DNA of 63,549 bases, filler included, from Octopus bimaculoides (taxonomy: Eukaryota): NCBI RefSeq assembly GCF_001194135.2. It is 8 parts of 8 records of this genome, joined end to end, with 100 filler letters (N's around TTAATTAATTAA, not from the genome) between each part and the next. Parts side by side here need not be neighbours in the genome. Positions count along the whole stretch, not along the records: positions 52,624 to 57,027 come from NC_068986.1; positions 57,128 to 62,377 come from NC_068985.1; positions 62,478 to 63,549 come from NW_026407351.1; 5 more parts are not named here. One strand, given 5' to 3'. The notes beneath the pieces were generated by a model. It was not told the origin of the DNA. It made no database searches and saw only the letters and a list, made by a program, of their open reading frames with translations. Of the stretch, positions 54,823 to 63,549 are shown one piece after another. The position numbers and the translations under genes are program-made. Position 1 is the stretch's first letter. Each line of letters starts with the position of its first letter.

Positions 54823-55559
54823 CTGGTCAGAGAAAAAATAAAATATGATAAACATGACAAAGACAGAAGAGGTGACGGTGGTGTAGATGGCGGTAGTGAT
54901 TGATGGTGGTGATGGTTAGGTGGGCACTCACAATCACGGTTTCCGGATTGGCCAATGCATCATGCTCTTGAGCAAGACACTCAGCGCTGGATTAACCATT
55001 AAGCAAAATAAGTACGTACTTAGGGCATCAACGGATGGAGGCACCACAAAAATGAAAATGGTTTACGGCACGAAAGAAATCACTTCAAACTTGCTAGAAT
55101 AATATTCGTAATGCCTTATCTCTACTAAGTATAAATTAAGAAGTTTTCTGTAAAATTAAATTTAACGATATCACCGAAGATTTTGCAATTAAAAAAGAAA
55201 AAAGAAAACGGAGAAAAATTTTCAAATATAAATAAAGTGGAAATACAAAAATAAATATTTTCCATCTTGCTGTTAATTTTGTTTCATTGTGAAAAATAAA
55301 AAAATTATTTTATGGTTTATTATCGTTTACATTTTGAACCATTTACGTATACTTGAGGGCACCAAAACCTTTTAAATGCTTAGGGTCTCTATGGATCTTA
55401 ATTCAGCCCTGATCACACTTCATCTTACTTTAAAAAAAATAATACCATCCCTTCTTTTATATATATATACATACACACACATACATACATATACATATAT
55501 ATGTGTATATATATATATACATATATATATATGTATGTATGTATGTGTGTGTGTGACTA

Positions 55560-55725
55560 TGTTAGTAACCATTACTGCTTGACAACCGGTGTTGGTGTGC
55601 TTATGAAAGGACCGATAAAAAACTTAGCAGGCTTTAATATGAATAAGTACTTGGGTCGATTCATTCAACTAAAAACAAGTAAAATTCTCCCAGTATGGCT
55701 GCAGTTTAATGAATGAAACAAGTAA
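55560..55725 (+). mobile_element. Tail module of the composite SINE
   Basis: cttgacaaccggtgttggtgtg...aataagtacttgggtcgattcattcaact...aatgaaacaagtaaaa. Confidence 0.65.
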
Positions 55726-55764
55726 AACGCAATAAAAAAATATATATAGGTGAACAGTCATCTG

Positions 55765-56530
55765 ATGTGTAGGGGCCAGTAGGGGACTTGTAGGGGAACT
55801 TGTAGGGGATTCAGTATTGTATCCAGTAGCGGAGCTAGTAGGGGATTCAGTAAAGGATCCAGCAGGGTATCCATCAGGAGATCCATCAGGAGATCCAATA
55901 GGGGAGCTAGTAGGGGATCCTGTAAGTGAGCCAAGGGGAGCCGGCAGGTGAGCTAACAGGGGATACGGTAGGAGATCTAGTAAGGAAGCTAATAGGGGAT
56001 CCAGTAGGGAAGCTAGTAGGGGATCCAGTAGGGGAGGTAGTATGTGATCCAGTGGTAGAAGTTAATAGGGTAGCCAATAGAGGAGCTAGAAGGGGAGCCA
56101 GTTGGAAGCTTGTAGGGGAGCCAGTAGGGGAGCCCGCAAGGGATTCAGTAGGGGATATAGTAGGGGATCCAGTAGGGGAGGTAGTAGGGGATACAATAGA
56201 TGAGGTAGTAGTGGATCCAGTAGGGGAGTCAGCAAGGGATTCAGTAGGGGATATAGTAGGGGAACTAGTAAGGGAACCAGTAAGGGATTCAGTAGGGGAT
56301 ATAGTAGGGGATCCAGTAGGGGAGGTAGTAGGGGATCCAGTGGGGAAAGCTTGTAGAGTAGCCAATAGGGGAGCCAGAAGGGAAGCCAGTTGGGAAGCCA
56401 GTAGGGGAGCCAGTAGGGGAGCCAGTAGGGGAGCCAACAAGGGATTCAGTAGGGGATCCAGTAGGGGATATAGTAGGGGAACTAGTAGGGGAGCCACCAG
56501 GGGATCCAGTAGGAGAGCCAGTAGGGGAAA
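55765..56530. repeat. 12-bp minisatellite (about AGTAGGGGATCC) in a CCDC65 intron
   Basis: About 760 nt of agtagggg[a/g]NNC units with higher-order blocks. Explains the PTGS/GDPV ORFs on both strands. Confidence 0.92.
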
Positions 56531-56575
56531 CCAATCAGTCAGTCAGTCAGTTAAATGCTGATTTGGTTCGCTAAC

Positions 56576-56799
56576 CTTGTTCCGAACTTCATCTTTCAAA
56601 TTATCAAAATCCGATTTTGCTTTCATTTCTTTCTCGATGAAATGTTGTTCCATGGCATACATGATATCAGCCAAGTCATTCATCTCGGCACCATACATGG
56701 TCAGCATCTTCTCCCTTTCTTTGTCGAATTCTTCTTTGACTATGCACAGATCTTTATCATATTCCAGCTGGAAATTCTGTAGCCTTTCTTTCTGAAGTT
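56576..56799 (-). CDS. CCDC65: CCDC65/DRC2-like dynein regulatory complex subunit, internal exon
   Basis: aattttcag|AA CTT...AAC AAG|gttag, 224 nt, phase 1-0. Encodes LQKERLQNFQLEYDKDLCIVKEEFDKEREKML...LADIMYAMEQHFIEKEMKAKSDFDNLKDEVRNK, matching DRC2 (LQRHRL...KEFETER...IFMAMEQNY...EFQSMWNDLKN). Confidence 0.88.
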
Positions 56800-56895
56800 C
56801 TGAAAATTTTTTCACATATCACATGGTTAGTAACTTCGAGTTGCAGGGAGAGGTGGTGGTGTTGTTAGTGGTGCTAGTGGGGGTGGTGATGCCGG

Positions 56896-56955
<60 letters not shown>
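56896..56955. repeat. (GAT)n microsatellite
   Basis: Direct reading. Confidence 0.95.
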
Positions 56956-56956
<1 letters not shown>

Positions 56957-57027
56957 ATTTAGGTAACATCATTAGGATAGTTTTGTATGTATGTGTGTAT
57001 ACATACGCACATATATATATATATATA

Positions 57028-57127
57028 NNNNNNNNNNNNNNNNNNNNNNNNNNNNNNNNNNNNNNNNNNNNTTAATTAATTAANNNNNNNNNNNNNNNNN
57101 NNNNNNNNNNNNNNNNNNNNNNNNNNN
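57028..57127. other. Assembly placeholder gap: N44-TTAATTAATTAA-N44
   Basis: The same 100-nt cassette occurs at 17125, 19415, 45181, 47988, 52524, 57028 and 62378. The palindromic 12-mer has stops in all six frames, so it is an artificial join of unknown true length. Confidence 0.93.
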
Positions 57128-57166
<39 letters not shown>

Positions 57167-57405
57167 CATAAATATTCACCGTTTTGTTTTTAAAAGAAAT
57201 ACAGAATTAGTTGAGGATCACATATATAGAATCTGAAGGCAAGTAACCAGAATATTTGGGTTGAAAATTCATATAAACATGTGGACAATATGCACTCAAA
57301 CACACAAAATAGGTTTGGACAATTGAAATGTATATGTATGTGTGTGTGTGTGTGTGCATATATATGTGTGTGTATAGATGTGTATGCATATGTGTGTGTA
57401 TATAC

Positions 57406-57436
<31 letters not shown>

Positions 57437-58057
57437 GAAGGGAATCTTTTGAGAAGTAATCATATTAACATATTAAAAAGACTGTGACAGACACTCAAGA
57501 TGATATACCAAAGTGAAAAATAAATAAACTCTAAGTGTGTATATTTGTTGCATATGAGTGAGTAAGCATGCACTAAAATACATATTTTTTTATTGATACA
57601 TGTCATCAAAGAAATGTTTACACATGAACTGGTGATAAAATGTGTGTTTGTGTGTGAGTATGAAAATATGTAATCAAATGAGTGTGCAAAGGAGTGATAG
57701 TAAAGGTGTTTGCAAATGCATGTGATTGAATGTATACATGCACATATGAATGGAAATGAGAAATGGTATGTATGTGTATGCATAAGTGGTCATATATACT
57801 TGCGATTGAAATGAGGAGAGCAACAGATTAAAAGTTGCATTTTTGTGAGTGTGTATCCATGTATATGAAACTTTGTTTTTATAAGAATGTGTGAATGCGA
57901 GTGTACTAGTAACTTTCAATTAAAAAAACAGTTTTTAAAAGTATAGTTAAATTTACATAGATTGTAGCCTGTATATAAATCCAGTCAAAAGAACCCAAGC
58001 ATCTGAATAGGATTATGCTACATAATTCCTAAACACAGAAGTTTTCAATTTGGTCCA

Positions 58058-58158
58058 CTATACTTGCCGAATTAAGTCTGAAGCTGGAAGTTGGAATAGT
58101 TCAAAATCTATCTCTTGTCGCAAGACACCAGTTAGGACGAATTCTGAATTGAAGACAG
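58058..58158 (-). CDS. PAXIP1: PAXIP1/PTIP-like, terminal coding exon with stop
   Basis: tctcattttcag|CT GTC... completes a phase-1 codon (G|CT=Ala). Encodes [33 protein letters not shown] (human, recalled: [24 protein letters not shown]). TAG at 58058-58060. Confidence 0.88.
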
Positions 58159-58289
58159 CTGAAAATGAGAGAAACCATAGAATGAAAATAGTGACAATCA
58201 AGGAAAATACTTCACAAATTGATATTTAAAATCAAATATTTTTTAAGGCTTTTATCCCTACATTCCTAATGAATAGACTATCGCCCATC

Positions 58290-58860
58290 TGTTTTAATTT
58301 TCAATGTTAAGTTGCATTAGGTTATCTCCATTCACTGAAAGAGTATCAGGCAATGAGAGCTCTCCAAGCAATACCATTCTGAGCTAAATTGCATCCTTCT
58401 TGATAAAGTCTTCCTGCACAACTCTTTGTCACGTTTCCCTACTTCAACTGTCCACTTGATGGTTGTCCTTGCTGGATTCTCCAATGGTAAGCGCAATATG
58501 TGGCCAATCAGCTTCCGTTGTTCTAGTTGTGATGGTATCCTTCAATTTAATTTGGTGAGTTCTTCTCGCAATTTCACTGTTTGTGACGTGGTCACAGCAG
58601 ATGATTTTCAGGATATTTCTAAGGCTCTAATGACAGAAAACATTCACCATATTGCAAATCTTGTCTGTCTACCTCCATGTTTCATTTGCATACAATGCTG
58701 TAGGAATGACAATAGATGTGTATAGACTAAATTTAAACCATTCATGAATGGAGGAACATGACCATATTGGTCTCGATTTTGACAAGTCTAGACTTAGCAT
58801 CGATTTTTGCTTTTCCATTTCTGCCACTACCTAGGTATGTAAAACAACTGATAAATTCGA
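58290..58860 (-). mobile_element. RTE LINE 3' fragment in the last PAXIP1 intron
   Basis: FTYLGS..KAKIDAKSRLVK, KETWR, SLRNILKI..DHVTNSEI..WPHI. Confidence 0.65.
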
Positions 58861-59089
58861 TATTCAATATAAACATGATTTTGGAGAAGTGTAGTAAAAA
58901 AGTAGTAGTCAGCTTGAAGTCATAGTAGAAGACATGTAGTTCTAGATATGCAAAAATATGTTTACGCCAATTTAGCCAGTTGTCAATAATGAAGGGCATT
59001 ACCTCCCTATTCACAATATTCTTTTAATCTCACCCTCCACCAAAAACTTGATTTTACTAACACAAGAAATCATATGTACAAGGAGTAAA

Positions 59090-59180
59090 TGAAAAACTCT
59101 GCCAAATCAGATTGGAGCCTGGTGTAACCGTCTGAACCCATGCTAGCATGGAAAGCGGACATTAAACGATGATGATGATG
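59090..59180 (+). mobile_element. Same (GAT)n-tailed repeat, partial
   Basis: ctctgccaaatcagattggagcctggtgt..cccatgctagcatggaaagcggacattaaacgatgatgatg. Confidence 0.75.
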
Positions 59181-59269
59181 AGGATGATGAAAATGGTTCC
59201 AGTAGGAACCAAACCTGCATCACAGGCCAGCTTGTAGAGATCTGAAACTGAACCAATGACAGAGCCTCA

Positions 59270-59472
59270 ATGTAGTCGCTTGACCTGCTAGAAATAGCAG
59301 TTAAATCATTCACAAATCAAACCTCGCCATCTTAAAAAAGGACATATTTGATAATGTAATCCTGGGTTCATCTCACATAGGAAAAACAGAGGTGGTCATG
59401 AATGGATTACTTTTGGTCATACATCCACTCAAACAGAGGTCAACAAGGGCTAAGTAACAACAACAAAAGCAA
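59270..59472 (+). mobile_element. SINE-like repeat ending in (AAC)n
   Basis: ctgctagaaatagcag..aaggacatatt..gggctaa.taacaacaac. Second copy at 60105-60252, partial copy at 49140-49250. Confidence 0.65.
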
Positions 59473-59504
59473 CTGTTTCCATACAAATCATAGAAAAGTC
59501 TTAC

Positions 59505-59580
59505 CAAGTCGACGAGCCATAAGGTCCCGACACAAATGCACATCGTTGGGGCATGTAATCACAATAAATGTAGGATTTCC
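59505..59580 (-). CDS. PAXIP1: PAXIP1/PTIP-like, penultimate coding exon
   Basis: tcttcctcag|GGA...CTTG|gtaag, 76 nt, phase 0-1. Encodes GNPTFIVITCPNDVHLCRDLMARRL (human, recalled: [20 protein letters not shown]). Not in the ORF track. Confidence 0.88.
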
Positions 59581-59771
59581 CTGAGGAAGAGAATATAATA
59601 AATTGCTAAAATGATAAAATTGAAAAGAGTTAAAAGAAGTAAAAGAAACCTGTACTCAGACGAGAGAGAGAGAAATTGAGAAAGACAATGAAACTGAGAG
59701 AGAGAGAGAGAAACTGAGAGAGGGACAATGAAATTGAGAAAGAGAGAGAGAGAGAGGTGGATCCAACCTAC

Positions 59772-59906
59772 CTTGTCATCCCGCAATGATGCAATTTGCT
59801 TAGCTGAGAGGCGCCGCTTAATAACGCTACCACCAGCACTTTCAATAATAGCCTGCAAGTCTTTGGGAGAAGGCACGACACTTGGTGTAATGTAAAATAT
59901 AAAACC
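59772..59906 (-). CDS. PAXIP1: PAXIP1/PTIP-like BRCT protein, third-to-last coding exon
   Basis: cccacag|GGT...AAG|gtagg, 135 nt, phase 0-0. Encodes GFIFYITPSVVPSPKDLQAIIESAGGSVIKRRLSAKQIASLRDDK, matching the last BRCT of PTIP (human, recalled: [26 protein letters not shown]). Confidence 0.88.
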
Positions 59907-60820
59907 CTGTGGGATAAAATGAATAAATAATTTGAAATGACTGGAGAGATGAATAAGGGTTCAAGCCTACATCAAGCATCTATCTCATTGTGTTTCTGGG
60001 TGGAGCACTTCAGTCTATAAATGCCTAAAGGAATGAGAAATCATACCAATAATCTAGTAAATATTTCAGATGATGCAACCCAACAAGATTACTCTGATGG
60101 AGTCAAGCTGCTAGAAATAGCAGTTGAATCTCCCACAAATCACACATTATTTCAAGTAACAAAAGGATATATTAGATTATATAGTGCTAGATGCATTTAA
60201 AAACAGAGGACAGTCATTGTTAGAATGTTTGATCAAGACTGACCTGGGATAAAAAGAAAATGCTGTATTTTCAGAAGTTTTCATCTCTAAAAGTCAACTT
60301 CAATTTTGAAAAATTTTCATCGAAGTGAAACTGTGTAAGCAAATTTTGCAGTGCATAATTTAGGATACCATTTAAAGAACTGCTCTATGAGTATCCCCAA
60401 AGTATTCATCACAACGCTCAGGGAGTAAACCCATGGCTCTCTATTTTAATTCATCTAATCACTATGATCACTCTTTGGTGTCCAGAGTTGCCACTCTGAC
60501 CAACCTTATGCTCTCAGAGTTGCTACACACTATTGATCCTTACACATCAGTGTACATGAAGAAACAACTTATCCTTCTACTCGGCACAGTTTATGCAATG
60601 AGCTTAAACAAATGGGTTCTCTATTCTCCAACGCACTAACTTCAAACTGATACAATTGTTTTATCCATTTGTGTACCAATGCCTTATCCATATTATGTCA
60701 GGTTGCTTATAAGTGCTACCAGTACATGTATTAGTACAACTTGTTCTATGGTTGGGATATCAGCAACTAAACTGCCAGCTTCATAAGGCTAGTATGGTAA
60801 AGAGGGTTGTTAGAAACCCT

Positions 60821-60864
<44 letters not shown>

Positions 60865-60957
60865 ACCTATCAAAAGGATGGTTGAACCTAGTGTAGAATC
60901 AAGAACTACCTAGCATAAGTTGGAGAAGGCAGGTATTACCTTGGAAAATTTCTGCTA

Positions 60958-61137
60958 TGGAAAAAGCACCCAAGACACTCTGTAAAGTGGTTGGCATTAG
61001 GAAGAGTACTCAGTAGTAGAAACCATGTCAAAGAAGACACTATATGATGCTTAATGCAGTCCTCTAATTTGTCAAACCCTGTTAAATTGTCCAACCCATG
61101 TCAGTATGGAAGCAGAACATTAAATGACGATGATCAT
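60958..61137 (+). mobile_element. Same (GAT)n-tailed repeat, decayed
   Basis: aaaaagcacccaagacactctgtaaagtggttggcattaggaag..ccaacccatg..cattaaatgacgatgat. Confidence 0.65.
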
Positions 61138-61291
61138 ATATCATAAAGTTACATCCTATGGATTATACTAACAAAACAGGAATAAACCTGTTCAAAAATC
61201 CTAACCTTGGCTGTAAGTGATTTGATGTGTCCCACTGCAGTTTCATATGTTGCATTTTATCCCCAGTTATGTTGGCAATATCTACTTAAAT

Positions 61292-61500
61292 GTAAGGCGG
61301 CAAGCTGGAAGAAACGTTAGCATGCCAGGCGAAATGCTTAGCAGTATTTCGTCTGTCTTTATGTTCTGAGTTCAAATTCTGCTGAGGTTGACTTTGCCTT
61401 TCATCCTTTCGGGGTCGATAAATTAAGTAGCAGTTGCGTACTGGGGTCGATCTATTCAACTGGCCCCTCCCTCAAAATTTCAAGCTTTGTGCCTAGAGTA
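61292..61500 (+). mobile_element. tRNA-derived SINE, family A
   Basis: aaggcggcaagctggaagaaacgttagc..gagttcaaattctgctgaggttgactttgcctttcatcctttcggggtcgataaattaag. More decayed copies lie near 8200-8330, 8590-8720, 10220-10440, 34090-34250 and 54330-54500. Confidence 0.82.
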
Positions 61501-62146
61501 GAGAAGACTATCTACTGAAATGTGTATCTGGATTATCAGATAAATCTTCAGCAAAGGGAATTTCACACTAGATATTGGAATAAGACAGTAAGGGAGATCA
61601 GCATCAGTCTACTTCAGTTTTACATCCATACTTTCCCTAGCGTGCATCCATTTGTGTCAGGCATGTGGTACATTGTGCACCAGTTCAGGTTACACAATTA
61701 GGAAGAGAGAGCTGGGCAGGTTCTGTAATAACAATAACAGTAATAACAATTTTTCTTTCATGAAACCTCCAAGGCAAACCAGGGCAAGTAAAACAAGCAA
61801 AAGATATTACTGACGGTTCCTAGTTCAATGTTTGCAACAGGCAACTGTTAGTGGGGGCTGGAAAAGTTTACTATTATCCACAATGAACTCTGTTGGGATT
61901 TACTATCAACAGAAATGCACCAGAGTTTACTGTGCTGACATATTTAAAAGAACTAAGTGAGGTGAGGTGTTGAGAATTAAATGTGTTTACAAGGAACACA
62001 TCATAAAACACAAATATATATATATATAAAACAGTGTTGTTTCCACTGTCCAATTTTTCCTGTCTTGGTTTGTGTTTGCTACCTTGGAATCCTCTGCTTA
62101 GTGGGTTAATCCACTACTCAGGAAGAAACTATTCTAAGAGTGCGTC

Positions 62147-62350
62147 CTGCCTTATCTTCGAAATGCCTAGTTTTAGAATAGAGGCAGCTGATGAAGGAAT
62201 AATTCCAAGTGGCTTGTTTGTTTTCCTATGTGTTCGTTCTGTTGTCTGTAAACAAAGTCTGTTTTGTTTTTATGCTCCCGTTCATTTTTCTAACGTCCTG
62301 TACCTGAATATGCATCTATATATACATGTAGATGTAGGTATGTACATATA
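62147..62350 (+). repeat. Second copy of the 52690-53075 repeat, cut by a gap
   Basis: Direct visual alignment to the reverse complement of 52880-53065. Confidence 0.75.
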
Positions 62351-62614
62351 TGTATGTATACATGCATATGCTCATATNNNNNNNNNNNNNNNNNNNNNNN
62401 NNNNNNNNNNNNNNNNNNNNNTTAATTAATTAANNNNNNNNNNNNNNNNNNNNNNNNNNNNNNNNNNNNNNNNNNNNTGTGTGTCAATTTATTAGTTTGT
62501 TTCCATTTGTGTATGTACATATCGACGCAAATCTATACCTTTCAATAAATTTAGTCTGTTTGTATTTAGCTTTTCTGTGTATCCATCTATCTAACTATCC
62601 ATATAAATGTTCTT

Positions 62615-62658
<44 letters not shown>

Positions 62659-62668
62659 NNNNNNNNNN

Positions 62669-62700
<32 letters not shown>

Positions 62701-63549
62701 GAACACACACACACACGCATACATATATATATAGCAACACATACATAGCACACACATACATAGCACACACATACATNNNNNNNNNNCACATACATAGCAC
62801 ACACATACATAGCACACACATACATATATATGCGTATGTTTATATATGTGCATACATAGGTACATACATACTTCAGTTTTCTTCTCTGTCTGTCTATCTA
62901 TCCGTCTCTTCAATTGTTTATCCATATCCTCTTGTTTGTCTATCTGTGATAGTACAGAGAAGATTAATTAGAATTAAAATGCATTAATGTCAACACATTT
63001 ACACACGCATTGCATGCATACATAGACCATACATGTAAACGCATATACACAAAACGTACACACACAGGAACGAATACAGACACACACAGTACAAAAGACA
63101 ATTACGCATATACACAAATNNNNNNNNNNCGAATACAGACACACACAGTACAAAAGACAATTACGCATATACACAAATATTGTCACACGGTGACACGCAT
63201 TACTTCCAACAATCTCACTTACATACATACANNNNNNNNNNATACATACATACATACATCGTAACTTGTACACGTTCATACATGGACGCGTGTATATTAT
63301 TATATATGTAAGCATATACATGGATACATGTCAGTGTGTGTATATGTAGTGTTTGTGGTTGTGCATATCTGTAAGGACCTACAAAGGTCACGGTTACCGC
63401 TGCTTTTCTTTATCATTAACACATACTCACACACACACACACATCCATATACAAACATATATATACATATATACATATATACATGTATATACAAACATAC
63501 ATTTTATATACATAACTATATGAATGTATATATATATATATATATATAT

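Noticed and set aside
55907-56561. Mucin-like or collagen-like ORFs as standalone genes
   Set aside because: Open frames follow from a stop-poor 12-bp repeat. The reading drifts between repeat registers, and there is no signal peptide or splice evidence.
60822-60862. Poly-A run as a processed pseudogene tail or poly-K ORF
   Set aside because: No upstream mRNA-like homology or target-site duplication seen.
60938-60960. Micro-exon candidate (ccatag|CAGAAATTTTCCAAG|gtaata) as the preceding PAXIP1 exon
   Set aside because: Abuts a SINE and does not encode the expected BRCT linker sequence.
63070-63180. 49-bp tandem duplication around a 10-N gap
   Set aside because: Identical sequence on both sides of a minimal gap indicates an unmerged contig overlap.

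Overview
AT-rich, microsatellite-dense eukaryotic genomic DNA from a gapped draft assembly. The SINE families, simple-repeat load and transposon types point to a cephalopod, most likely Octopus (inference). Two minus-strand genes are supported by exon-level evidence with in-phase GT-AG junctions. The first is the 3' end of a PAXIP1/PTIP-like gene (last three exons, final BRCT repeat, stop at 58058-58060). The second, downstream of it, is three internal exons of a CCDC65/DRC2-like gene (56576-56799, 54625-54822, 53159-53236); its 5' and 3' exons were not found. The rest is a transposon graveyard: CR1/L2, RTE, R4/Dong, HERO-like and Penelope-like retroelement remnants, three mariners, a both-TIR Tc1, a Tigger/pogo, Helitron-like peptides and several SINE families. 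Nearly all ORF-track entries (IYIY, CVCV, poly-X) are microsatellite or gap artefacts. Worth a second look: tandem Dong/R4 insertions in a (TAA)n array, a structured 12-bp G-tract minisatellite in a CCDC65 intron, a two-copy repeat carrying permuted hammerhead core motifs, and a composite SINE carrying an internal microsatellite. No prokaryotic features, CRISPR arrays, rRNA or tRNA genes were seen. I found no clearly novel system; the top findings are leads. Repeat boundaries are approximate; all homologies were judged by eye.
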